NCBI GenBank assembly: GCA_030770535.1
Contig: JASVEC010000024.1
Location: forward strand, 186,001-250,000
Length of the DNA stretch: 64,000 nt
From: Batkoa obscura
Lineage: Eukaryota
Direction of reading: 5' to 3'
Shown here: positions 43,217 through 55,948 of the stretch, in pieces
Layout of the letters: each line of letters begins with the position of its first letter
How positions within the stretch are numbered: position 1 is the stretch's first letter
Notes under the pieces: generated by a model
Seen by the model: only the letters and a program-made list of their open reading frames with translations
The model's database searches: none
Told to the model about the DNA's origin: nothing
Program-made: the position numbers and the translations under genes

Positions 43217-44155
43217 ATGCTATTCAAAAACATTGTCTTGTCAATAATAACAACCCAATTATTCGCTTATAATCTAAATAAATCGAACTCCTCAGATGTT
43301 AGTGCTATCTCTAATAAATCACATATGCGCCCAAAGCATTCTAAAATGAAAGAAGAAGAACTGAGCTTGGAGAAACTATCCAGTCTATTAGAGGAATACA
43401 AGAAAAGTTTAAGCTACAAAGATGCCCAAGAAGTAGATAAAAAATACAAGCAGATAGCTGATGAACAAAATAATGAAACAAATAGTGATATTAGGATGTA
43501 TAATGACTATAAAAAAGACAATGATGATAAAAAGAATAGAAAAGAAAAGAAAGGTCAGGGAAAGGGAAAGGGAAATGAAGCGATGACACCAAACCGTTCT
43601 TTATTACCAGATTCAGCTAATTTGAACAAGACAGAGACGCCTAGTTTAAATAAAACAGATACACCTTATGATATGAATGAAACAGAAGTTCAATATGCAC
43701 CAGCAATCAATAGAAATCAGCCTTTGTATATTCGATTTTTAGGATGGCCCTATGCCTTAAGCTCACAAACAGCTAGCCAAATCTTAGATGGAAAAAAAGT
43801 AGAGCAGCTACCAATGACTCAATTAGTAGGTACAGAAGGAAGTAAAACGAGTGGGGCCCAAATTTTGTATGAAAAGTTTGCGAAAGAAGTTAAAGAAGGC
43901 GAAAAAGTGCCCTTGGTTTCTGTATTGTTATTGGATGATAATCGACCAAACAATGAGAAGATAGTTAAGGTGCTATTTGAGGATGGTTTCGATATCATGG
44001 CCCAAAAATGTTCATGCTATTGGGTTGATGCCTTGGAGTTGAAGACTACTGTCCAGTTAAAATCATCAAACAAATACTTTTTACAGATGGTTGATACTAC
44101 CAACTCTCCTCCTAGATTTAATTCTAGATCTGGCTATTTTTCTATTCAGGTTTAA
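43217..44155 (+). CDS. Intronless putative secreted protein of unknown function (signal peptide, charged pro-region, beta-rich C-terminal domain)
   Basis: 312-aa ORF in DNA that is mostly A+T; hydrophobic N-terminus, N-glycosylation sequon repeats (NKTET/NKTDT/NETE), C-terminus ..YFLQMV..SRSGYFSIQV. Confidence 0.75.
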   Translation: MLFKNIVLSIITTQLFAYNLNKSNSSDVSAISNKSHMRPKHSKMKEEELSLEKLSSLLEEYKKSLSYKDAQEVDKKYKQIADEQNNETNSDIRMYNDYKKDNDDKKNRKEKKGQGKGKGNEAMTPNRSLLPDSANLNKTETPSLNKTDTPYDMNETEVQYAPAINRNQPLYIRFLGWPYALSSQTASQILDGKKVEQLPMTQLVGTEGSKTSGAQILYEKFAKEVKEGEKVPLVSVLLLDDNRPNNEKIVKVLFEDGFDIMAQKCSCYWVDALELKTTVQLKSSNKYFLQMVDTTNSPPRFNSRSGYFSIQV

Positions 44156-44806
44156 GTATTCTGTTAATTACTATTACTAATAAATAATTTTAATTTATTT
44201 TTATTATTATTATTATTATATTTTATGTGATTTTACATAGTAACAAACGCTATTGTTTATATGATTTATTGTGATAAAATTGCTTAATCACTATTTCTAA
44301 TAGTAAATTGTAATTAAAATTTAATTCAGGTTTAAAACGAACATGACAACTTAGATTTGCTTCATAATAATTTATAAAAGAAATGATTATAAACTATCTT
44401 AATTCAGGTGATCTGGAATTAACTGATTTTTTATTCTCCAATAACATTCCATTTGTCTATTTTAGTCAATATAAAAATATTATATTTAAAGTTATAGATA
44501 CTAGCATTAAAAGGAATGAATATAACTTTTTCTATAGTTAAACTATTAACAGCTTAATTAATATTCTTACTTTTTATTTATCTTCTTTGTTACATTTTAA
44601 TACTAACTTTGTGCTGAAATCATAATTCTAAATTTAATTTTATAATAGCCTTAGATTAGCAAATTTAAAGTTATGTTTTAACTAAGCTTATGACATTGCC
44701 TATAAAAATGAAATAAAGCAGCAAAAATTTGCAAACCATTTGCTAAATTCCAAAACCCATATAAAAGCTAATTTAAACCCAAATTTTTATTTAATTTAAA
44801 AAATTA

Positions 44807-46628
44807 ATGACTACAGTAGGTGTAAACCGAAAGGCTGCCTTATCTTTTTTGTCCAACCTATCAAACTTCAATGACAACAAAAGCAATGGAAGCAACAGCG
44901 AACAAGATGAATCAACAACTCAAGAAGCAGATGGCGACTTTAAACAGAAAAGGAATAATATTGAACTTAGTTGGGACTTACCACCGGATCCCGACTTAGA
45001 AGAGGATGAGATTCGAATACCAAGGCCTCCTTCTTCCCCTAAGAACCCTCCAAAACAAATGCGTAAGCCACTACGTTCCAAACGTGACAAAGCTGCTACC
45101 TTATTCTTAAGTAGTATTGGATCGCATGATGGAGACAAGGAAGAAGGAATAACTATAGTTACATCACCAATATCTATTTCAGATAACAAAAACAATACGG
45201 ACAATAATAACAATAACTATTTTATACCGACATTGGAGCGTAAACTCAGTAAAGCAAACTCTGAATTGTTGAATAATTCTTATGATTCTTCATCGTCATC
45301 AGACGACGATATAAATCAAGTTTCGAGAGTTGGATCTTATACGGATGAAGATATCAATATATTAGCCACCTCTAAGAGATCTAGCTATTTATCAGACCGA
45401 TCAATTTTAAAAGACCTTGCTTCAACTATTTCTACTAACATTGAACCGGTATTTGCCGAAGTATGCATCATTGAAATCATTATGTTAAAGTTAACCTTTC
45501 TATAGGATTTTTCTGAACTGAAAACAAAAATGAATCTAAACAATCAAAATGCCAGACATCGGATACGAAATAATAAGTAAATCACAATATGAAGTAGCGA
45601 ATTTAAATAACCTTGATTATAGAGAATATGGAAAAGGAAAAACTAAGAAGAACCGTTATAGTACTTATAACTATTTATTGAATCCTAGTTTTACTTTAAA
45701 GTAACTTTAAGATAGTATATTTAAAGTCAAAATATTAATGTTACTTAAGCTCTGAAGCAAAGACAGATTATAATCCCCTTGAGTTGGATGATCCTAATCT
45801 AGAAATTGAAATAAAAAGCGGAGGATTCAGAGATTTAATGGTAATCAAACAAGTATTTATATTCAAAATGGATAACAAATATTTTAAGGATTCCCTACTC
45901 CTGTTTACAAAAGCAGGTGATAAAGATGATGACCTTGAAGATAGCTTTCAAGAAACACATCCAACTGTTGATCACTCTTTAACTTTATCACATATCCGCT
46001 CTGTCAAGCAAAAGATTTTAGAAGTAGCAGTACAATTAGTAACTTTAATTAATAACCATTTTTGCATGACTAAATGATTTAAATGTAGGATTTGGAACTT
46101 TCTTCTGTTGCTATCGCATATGCTTTCTTTGAAAAGCTTTGTTTAAAAGTAAGTTGTTTATTTGTCATAAAAAAGCGCATTAACAATATTTTAGGGCTTA
46201 GTTAACAAGGATAATAGAAAGGCTAAAGGAGGTAAATTATAAATGAGTAATTCTAGAAATAAACTAATGGATTTTACCATAGCTGTATGCTTATTTTTAG
46301 CTACAAAAGTAAATGAACACAAAAGTAAGCTTACCGGGATGATGGACGTAAGACTACGTTTCTTTCAAAATTTATTATCTAATTAATTGTTTAGACTTTT
46401 GATAGAGTATTTGATTTAAGCGACAAAGATATACATTTAGTTGAGTTTCCTACCTTTGCAGAATTAGAGTTTAGTTTGTATATACCAAAATCAGAGTTTA
46501 TGCCTCATTTGGAAAGGATTTTAAATGCATCAGGTATGTATGTATAAACTATGTTTATAGTTATTAATTACTTTATAGAATATGAGAACATTGATGAATA
46601 TGTAAATTGGAAAAACTTTTATCAATAA
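44807..46628 (+). CDS. CABLES-like protein (CDK5 and ABL1 enzyme substrate) with C-terminal cyclin-like box, multi-exon
   Basis: N-terminal RKAALSFLSNL, YNPLELDDP, FQETHP..LTLSHIRSVKQKILEVA..|DLELSSVAIAYAFFEKLCLK|GLVNKDNRK..AVCLFLATKVNE..EFPTFAELEFSLYIP..FMPHLERI. Confidence 0.8.
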
Positions 46629-46935
46629 GTTTATTTCGCAAAATATCACTATATAGTGTGTTTATATAGCACTAAACTTAATAATTTATAACATGAAAGG
46701 TTAGTGTTAAATAATGAATCATGTTATGAATAAACTTAAAAATAAATACTATTCCTTATAAAAATTTACATAAATGAATTAATGCATTTTAATTTATTTA
46801 TATATTGAATCTAAGTTTAAATGATCCATAATCTATTAAAGTGCCACGATATAGCATTTGGTTAAAAATGCATTGAATTAATTAATTTAAATAGCAATCA
46901 AATTATCTGATGTAAATAACATTAATTGTTATAAA

Positions 46936-48481
46936 ATGGATCCAAATAATAAAACCAACTTAAAATCTCAATATAAAGAATCTAACAAAGAAAAGTCAAT
47001 AAAAAGGGAAATAAAATTAATCAAGAGATTGATGAACAATACGAAAAACAAACTTAATAAACATTTGGAGACAATATATTCCTCAGTTGAGGATATCAAT
47101 TCAAATTCGTCATTTGAAATAAGTGTACATGGTTCAACTAAACAAAAGGCATGCCAAGCTATCCCCACCCCTATGGAAACGCCCTGTGATGTAAGACCTT
47201 CGACCATAGGTAACGTTTTTTAAATATGCTATTTATTAACATATTATCAGGAATTGATAACTTGCTTCAAATTAAAAAGTATGCTTTGTATTAATAATTG
47301 CACTTTTCTAAAAACAATAATAGAAAACGTTTGGGTATGCTTGTGTCAGATAATCAAGTTATCGGAAAGTATATTATAAATTATTACTTATGTCTCGCTA
47401 AAATATATTAGAAAATATTTGATTCGATCTCAAGTAGATAATCAATCTAAGCCTATAAAATCAGCAATCAGGTCCAAAGTAAACTAAAGTATAACTGTAT
47501 GACCATAACTGATTATTGTAGCCACGATCCATTTTTGACCTTGGATTGAATGAAGATATAGTTAAATCTATTCAAAACAAATTAACACATTTTCCATACA
47601 AGATGAATGCTGAGTTTATAAAGATCATAGGGACAAAAATTAATAATCCAGCTGATATTCATTCAGTAATTATATTGTATTTTTATTCATTCTTAATAAA
47701 AAATATTAAGGTATACCTTATCTCTGAGTGGTTAATCAAAGAAAAAAGAGATTATAATGATTTAAATCATCGTAAACGATCTGTTGGAATTTATGGAGAA
47801 TTTATCTATCGTAATCATATTTATGGAAATAAACTTGAGGATTTAAAACAATTTCAAATAAACACTTGTTTAAATCTAATCAGGAAACATAATATTGGAA
47901 ATGAAGATGCTATTATATTATTTTTTACAAATTTAAACAAGGGTAAGGCTATAAGCTATAAATGAATGAATCTAGTTGATTGCTTTAGATGAATTAGATT
48001 CTCTTGCAATTTCAAGGATAAGCCGAATACTTGGGGTTCATCCTTATAAACTAAATAAAAGTATTGAAAAAGGAACAAAGGTTATGGAGTTAATAGATTA
48101 TGTAGTCAATCATCAATTGAAGTTTGAAAACGTGTTTATCAATCTTCTTATATTTTCCGGATTTCTAGTAAATTGATATTTTTAAATTAATTTTACTAAT
48201 GATTTTAGATAAAAAGAAAAAGAGATAAAGATATCAAATATGATATGCTTAAATTAGAAAATGAGGACTGGATTTCTATATTAGCAACTAAAAAATCGAT
48301 CCGATTCTTCAAATACGATTTAAAATCAAAGATATTCTGCTCCTTTATTTTATTAATAAGTTATTCTTATTTTACTGATCTTGAAATCTATTATGATAAT
48401 AACTTAGCATTTGAATGCTTTAAAACCATTGCTGATTTAATTATCCCTGAAATGGTTAGAAAGTTTTATAGTTCCAAATAA
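46936..48481 (+). CDS. Hypothetical multi-exon protein, no recognisable family
   Basis: Successive same-strand ORF segments separated by short GT-AG gaps; exon boundaries are only approximately resolved. Confidence 0.6.
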
Positions 48482-48590
48482 GATTACAGTTATTATAAGC
48501 TAATAAAAGAATTCTATTGTATAACTAATATTTATTAAAGTAGTAAATCAATCTACTTGCTAATAATACTTCATAGCTCTTTGTTTTTTA

Positions 48591-50593
48591 TCATAATTGA
48601 TTATCAGAATAACCAAAATTTAAATTATCTTTTCTATTTTCATTTTTAAACTCTCCAACAGAAGCTGGAAGATCACTTTCGTTATATAAACTTGCTTCTT
48701 CAAATACTTTTAATACCTGTTTGGGAACCTTATCCAATTTATTTGCTGGAAACACAATCCCCAACTCAAAGTTCTTAATAACTAAGTTAAACTCCTCATT
48801 TTCTTCACTTTGGTTGTAGTTTATATCTTTTTTACTTCCAACGGTTGATGGAAAACCAGAAAGCAGTGTAGGACTTTCCATTCTTAATTTACCCCAGGCG
48901 GAAGCAGAAAAATTATGACTACCTAAATAAAACCAACCTGAAGTTAAAGTAGTAAAGTTATCTGATAATTTTAATTCCTTCGGAAGGCATGAAAGAAACT
49001 TAATAAATTAATACATGTCATACTAACCAACAGTCCGAAAAACTTACCTTCATTCTAGTGACTGGTATCGAATACAAAATATTTTTCAACATTGGATTAA
49101 TTAAATTATTAAAATGTAAACTAAATTTGGTCTTATTTTAAAAAATATTGAATAAATTATAATCTAATTCAATTAAAGCTTACTTTTTGTCTCTGGTACA
49201 TTTCTTGTACCGCTTTTGTTGTTGGAAAAAACAATCGATAACAAAAACTATTATGAAATTCTTTAGATAATGCTTTTGGTGGATAGCCCATAGCACTAGA
49301 CCGAAATTCTCCCATCCAAGATTGTTTGAGGTGACCTAAAGCTGTACACTGGAAAAGCGATAAAGGTTTAATTGATGTTAAAATATTATATCTAATTACC
49401 ATATAATTTACATAATGATCTTTAAAAGCTTCTGGCTTCAAAAGCTTCTTTTGTTTTACTATAGTAGATAGAGCAGGGTGACCATAGTAAATATCAGATA
49501 AGATAGAATAGGTCCCTGGAACTGAAGATACCAAATAACCCTATGTAATCTATAAATTTCTAAACATTGTGACAATAAATCTAATCACCTCTGATTTTGA
49601 AAAATCATAACGTGAAAAACTTAATGGGATATTATATTTCATTTCAAGTTTATTGAACAGGTCTTGAAGTATTTTTCGAAACTCAAAGCTCTTTTCACTT
49701 TCTATGTTATCCGCTTCTTTTAATGGAAAATCTTGAACATATGATATCTAATTGAATTATTATTAAAATAAGACTCTTTTAAGTTAATATTTACACTATT
49801 CGTGTTAACCCAATCTATCTCTTCCAAGTTTCCAGAGCATAACACTATTCTTAGAAAATTGTCATAGTATAAAAACTGGTACTATTAAATTTATGATATT
49901 TTATATTATAAATCCATTTACCATTGCTTTAATATGCATATTGGATTCATAGTGACATTTTAATACTACATTATTGTAGTTATCATTAATCGTTTCATCC
50001 TAATAAATATATTATTTAGCTGACGTTTTTAAAAATCAGTAAATAAATAATACAAGGTTACTTTTATTTTTCTTTTTATCAGTTAAAATAATCAAAGGTA
50101 CGTCTGGAAAGTTTTTACATAAAAAATCGGGCTCCTTACAACTTTAATTAAAATCCCTATCCATATCATTTATGCTTAAATTACTATGTTATAAAATGCA
50201 ATAAACGCCTTTTTTAGGTTGTCCTTTTCGTTTGTTAGTTACACTCTATAGTATTAAAATAATAGTTACTGAATCTATCAACTCTTTTAATATTGGATAT
50301 TTTTCTGTATCTAATAAAAAAGTTATGAAATATTAAAAATTAAATAAATTTTATACCATAAGTTTCAATGTCCTCTGTTTTCATACTAGAAAGCATGATA
50401 TTTCCGTCCTCATATTTTAAATTTTTAACATCTTTTCTATCTTGCTCATTAAATTTTGACTATGTTTTAAAAATAAATACCAATTTTATCTTGAGTCGTA
50501 TAACTTTGCTTGCGAATATTTTTATTGCAGTTGTATATAAACATTTTTGGTCTCAAATAACCTAATTTTAGCCCATTGCATTTTGTTAAACAT
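48591..50593 (-). CDS. TDP1: Tyrosyl-DNA phosphodiesterase 1-like (PLD superfamily), multi-exon; second HxK motif reads RMK
   Basis: NMHIKAM..FLRIVLCSGNL..DW, YVQDFPL, RYDFSK..VSSVPG, QCTALG, LFFPT, GWFYLGSHNFSASAWG, IKNFELGIVFP. Confidence 0.88.
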
Positions 50594-50804
50594 GTCCAAC
50601 TCTTTTCAATACTCACACCGGTTCTACAAACCATTATAATTTAAATACAGTTTAATATTTATTTATAAAACTCAGTTTTGATAGCTACCTTACTGCACAA
50701 ATTTATTGCAAAAAAATGAAAATCAACGCCAAGCGTGAAGTCAGAATTAGTTTAAAGCCACCATTTAATTTTTCTCATTTTCAATTTTTATAAACTAAAA
50801 AACA

Positions 50805-51997
50805 ATGCCAGCTCCACCACCACCACCACCACCACCACCAACGGGTATGCCAGGACCACCACCTCCCCCAATTTTTGGAGGAGGGAAACCAGCTGCTTCA
50901 GGTGGGGATAGAGGCGACCTCTTAAAATCGATTCATAAAGGTGCCAAATTAAAAAAAGTGGTAACTAATGACCGTTCAGCGCCAATAATAGACAGTAGGT
51001 ATTTAGTGGCTTTTTTGAATTTAACTAAAGATTAATATAGGTAAAAGTAAAGCCCCTAGTGCTAGTGCAAACAACAATGCACCTTCCAGTACTGGATTTT
51101 CTCCACCATCACCAGCTCCAGGGCTTGGAGGATTGTTTGCTGGGGGTATTCCAAAATTAAAAAGTAGAGGCAATGCATCTACTGGAAAAGTGGAACCAGG
51201 TAACTATTTTTATAAAAAATAATCGTTTAACTTATTGTTCCAGTTACTTCCCCAGAAGTACGCTCTTCAGTTATAACTAATACACAAAGTTGGAAACAAC
51301 CTACCAATTCTAATGTAACAGCAAGCACTAACAAAGCATCTTTTGTACCACAAAAACCGCCTTCAAATTTCGCTGCGCCACCTCCGCCACCAAACTTTCG
51401 TCCACCAACAGCTCCAAATAATAAAATACCTCCGCCACCACCAGTTAATAATTTGCCTGCTCGCCCAGCTCCCCCTCCAATGAATAGTTTACCCGCTCGC
51501 CCAGCAGCCCCACCAAGCAACTTACCACCACCTCCAGTAAGAAGTATACCGCCACCACCAAGGCCCTCTTTTTCGCCACCTCCACCAATTCCTAGTAATG
51601 TAAACAGCAATCCAAACGGAAGTTTAAGAAAAGTTCCTCCTCCTCCTCCAAGCAATACTAACAACCGTGCGCCCCCTGAACCACCAAGGGGACGTGTACC
51701 ACCACCACCTATACCAAGCTCAAATGGTACCAACGGAATAAGCCAATCACTTCGACAAGCTCCAAAAGCTTTAAATCAAGAAAATTTAGGTAAAAAACAA
51801 TTTCAAACAATTAATGGACCACCAAGTGCAAATCAATCTGGTGCTAGGTTTACATCGCGTAAGTTTTAAAAAAAATTTATATCAATTTGTATTAATAGTT
51901 TGCTTTAGCTTCTCACCCAAGTACCAGGGAAGGTAAATGGACATTCAAATCTCATACTGAATTTCCAGAACCGAAACCAGTGTCGTACTATCGTTGA
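50805..51997 (+). CDS. VRP1: Verprolin/WIP-like actin regulator (WH2 domains, polyproline, C-terminal WASP-binding-like motif)
   Basis: MPAPPPPPPPP..RGDLLKSIHKGAKLKKVVTNDRSAPII, LGGLFAGGIPKLK, GKWTFK..EFPEPKP. Confidence 0.9.
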
Positions 51998-52372
51998 TTG
52001 AAGAATGAGTGCTTATAAAGGATAGTTTATTTTGAGAAAGAAAAAGAGAAAGAGTTGGTTCTAGATTATTAATTGAAAAAGAGTCATTCAGCTTGTAAAT
52101 AAGTGATTGTGATTAAGTAAAAAAAATTATTGATTAATAAGATGGCTTTGAAGTAATTACACACTTTTTTTATTATTGTTTAATTTGTTAATGCTCATTT
52201 CTATTTATTTTCAAGTTTTGTTGCTGTGGATTTTTTAGATATTGTTTAATTATAATGTAATATATAGCTATGTTAGTAAAAAAGAATGTTTATTGAAATT
52301 TTCAATGATTTACTAATCATTTTAAATAAAATAAAAAAATTCGACAGCCATAAAGGTATCAAAGTAATTTAT

Positions 52373-53029
52373 TTAAAGTTCAAAAAAAGCTTTTAATTTA
52401 TCATCATCAGCACACTCTTCTTCAATAAGTCTTTTTCCTGGTCCATGCTAAAAAAGAGAATATTAATATAACCTTCTACATAATCAATCTGATAAAAAAC
52501 TATTACCTGAGTCCATTCAATTAAAGTAGGAATAGCTTTTAAATTAACTTCAGTATGAATTTTATAATGATGTTTTGCATTTCCTTTATAACTATAAAAA
52601 TGAAGTTAGAAAAAACATATCAGGGATGTTGTCTAGAACTATTAAACTCAAATGAAAACTTACCTATTACGATCACCTACTGGACATTCTAATAAAATAC
52701 AGTTTTCTACTTGGTTGGCGTATTTACGAATTTTTGGGTCCGCTATTATATAAGACAAAGTTTTGATTGGTCAATATAGTTTGATTATGTTTATTTAAAT
52801 TACCTATTACACAATCTGGACACCATGATTCATCAGTTTCGGATAATTCAGTACCTAAAATGGAAGAGGATTAATACTTGATCTAATCCCTGTCTTTTTA
52901 ATAGAAGGAAGATTTAGTTCCTTACTTACCGAAAAAAAGAGTAAATAATTTGGTATAATTTTCTTCGCTCAAAATTTGATTTAAGGTATTATCAAAATCG
53001 ACGATATTATTAATACGAATGGCTTTCAT
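52373..53029 (-). CDS. Thioredoxin-like TXNDC17/TRP14 (DUF953) family, multi-exon; absent from the ORF track
   Basis: LFF|G....ESWCPDCVIADPKI..LLECPVGDR..YK..VNLKAIPTLIEW..KRLIEEEC. Confidence 0.88.
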
Positions 53030-53336
53030 ATTCAAAAAAGATAAAGTTGGCAGACTAAAATTTTAGGTTTTTTAATTTATTCGTTTGCAAATCCGAAAAT
53101 TTAGAACTTGGTTTTTGAAGTGAGGATTATTTGGTGAAATTTTTTGGATTTATAATTAGTATTATTTTGACATTATTAATGGTACTATTTCATTATTGTT
53201 GAGTAATTAGTATTCCAGTAATTATTGTATCATAATCGAAATGATTATTGTTTTATAATACTGGGGTTTAAAAATAGTTGAATTATATGCAAATAATTGT
53301 TTTCTTAAAAGCTACTCCTTCTGTTTTCATAAAGCA

Positions 53337-53439
53337 TATGGGGATGTCTTTTTTGGCTTCATTACTTTTTTCATCTTTTAAGCGCTATTTAAGCGGAAGA
53401 TTTGTTAGTAAAATTCTTAAACACAAAAATGCATCTCCA
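53337..53439 (+). mobile_element. MITE-like element, copy 11
   Basis: tatggggatgt...gcatctcca. Confidence 0.85.
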
Positions 53440-54434
53440 AGTTATAAAGCTTATTTCATAGGTAGTTTAAAAGCTGTTTATGGTATAAAATTGCTTTAAT
53501 AAAATAACTTGTTAAAATGACTAGTTTTTTGTTAGAAAATTAGTTTTAATTTTTTAAGAAATATTAATGATTTTGTTTAATTTTGCCAGACTTTATTTTG
53601 AATTTAATATTACTTTGTTTAAATTTTAACTTTAAGTAAACTGTATTGTTGTAAAAATGCTATAGCCACTTAAATTTTGATTTTGATTTTATGTTCTACA
53701 AAAACGCACAAATCATAAAAATTTATAAAGTTTAAAAACAAGTGAAAACAGAAAAGCTATCCATGCTATATTGATAATATACATAGCTGTTATTTTTAAA
53801 AAGTACAATTTATAATTTTATTTTAATACATACAAAATTGAATTATTTTTTAATTATTAATGAAGAACTATATCAATTTAAATTAGTTGCTATTTACTTT
53901 ATAAGTAATAAAATAAAAGGCTAAATGCAGACATTAATGACAATAAATGATAAGATAATGATAAAATAGTAACATTATATAGCTACACATAAAGAACATA
54001 CATATGATTATGTGTTATCAGAAATAAAAGATGAATTTTGACTGAGAATAATTATATAAAGTGTAGGGTTAAGTTTTAATACCATTTATAATACTATTAT
54101 AATATAATATTAATAACAGGATCCTGCACTAAACTTCACTAACTTTGATAATTGATGTTATATTAATTTTATTAATTATCAATCCTACCAATGTTGATTT
54201 ATAATCTAATTAAATTGTATAACAAATAATTAATTGCTATTCTACTAACAAAATAACATGACAAATAAATTGGTATAAATTAATTCATGTATTTTAACTC
54301 CTTAGAAATCCAAAACAGGATAATGTCCAAATAAGGCAATCATCAAGCCTTAATCACCAACCATAACAAATGACATCAACTTAAAAATTGATAATATAAA
54401 ACATAAGGTTTCGTCATCAAATTGAATATTTATA

Positions 54435-55725
54435 ATGAGTTTCAAAGGAATATTTCAACTTCGAATCCTACCAATAAGTATAAATAGAGCCTTATTAACT
54501 AAATCGGGGACTAATTTCTATCAACACCAACTTTGGAATTTAAAAACAATGACTACTGAATACGAAAAGAAAAAATTTGCCAGTAAATCTGGCGAATTTG
54601 TACGCCAAGTTTCTAGCTTTCGTAATTTTATTGAAGCTAACCCAGATGCCCAATTTCCAGCTGAAAAGTAAGTTTATATTTTCAAATTTATAATTTCTTT
54701 TGACCCTTTTATTTTAGAGACCGTTACCACCTTTATGTTTCTCATGCCTGCCCATGGGTAAGTTTCTATTTTTGTTTAACTAAGCTAATGAATGTTTATA
54801 ATTATGATTAGGCACATCGTACTATGATTGTACGTGGATTAAAGGGGTTAGAAGATATTATTACTGTATCCGTAGTAGATTATTATATGGATAAGAAAGG
54901 ATGGAAATTCAGTACTCCAGAAGAAACTCCAGGGTCTATACCAGATCCTATCTATGATGCTAAACGTATTTCAGAAATATATTTAAAGGCTAATCCAGAA
55001 TATAAAGGTAATAGTTGAATAATATTATTATTTGATAAATTAAATAATATTGATAAATAATATAATAGATCGCTATACCGTTCCAGTTTTGTTTGACAAA
55101 AAACAAAAGACTATTGTCAATAATGAAAGTTCCGAAATTATTCGTATGTTAAATACTGCCTTTGATGGTTTATTACCAAAGGAGAAACAAGGACTTAATT
55201 ATTACCCAGAAAATTTACAAAAAGAAATTGATCAAATTAATGAAATTGTATACGATAAGGTAAATAATGGTGTATATAAATCTGGTTTTGCAACTACTCA
55301 AGAAACCTATGAAAAAAATGTAGTTCGTGTATTCGAAGGCTTAGATTATGTTGAAAACATATTAAGCAAGCAAAAATATTTAGTTCAAAATCAATTAACT
55401 GAAGCAGATATAAGATTATTTACTACCGTGTTAAGGTTTGATCCAGTTTATCATGGTCATTTTAAATGCAATTTGAAATGTATTAAGTATGATTATCCTA
55501 ATATCTTAAATTGGGCTCGTCGTATTTATCAATTGAAAGGTGTTGCTGAAACGGTTAATATGGAACATATTAAAAGACATTATTATATGTCTCATGTAGA
55601 TTATAATCCTACTCAAGTTGTACCACTTTATAATGGCCCAGGTAGTATTATCTTGATTATTATTTATATTTTAGCTTATTAGTATTTTTTATTTAGATCT
55701 TTCTTCACCTAAAATAGAAGCTTAA
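54435..55725 (+). CDS. ECM4: Glutathionyl-hydroquinone reductase (Ecm4/YqjG/Gto; omega/xi-class GST), multi-exon
   Basis: GEFVRQVSSFRN, RYHLYVSHACPW|AHRT, RYTVPVLFDKKQKTIVNNESSEIIRML, VNNGVYKSGFA, LTEADIRLFTT..RFDPVYHGHFKCN, HIKRHYYMSH. Confidence 0.95.
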
Positions 55726-55948
55726 TTAGAAATGTATCTATATCTATCCTTTTCTAATCCTTTAGCTTTTTTTATAAATAAAGTGTTTCCAAAAATAACA
55801 TCTAATATCATTACAATTTTATAAAATTTTATTTTAAATACAATAAAATAAAATGAAGATCGATATAATAAAGTTCAATTATTATTTACAAGTGAATATG
55901 AAAGAAGAGAAAAAAGAGATTATACCAATAGAGAGAACCAAATAAAAA

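Noticed and set aside
51227..51733. 168-aa Gly-rich minus-strand ORF
   Set aside because: It is the antisense shadow of verprolin's polyproline codons.
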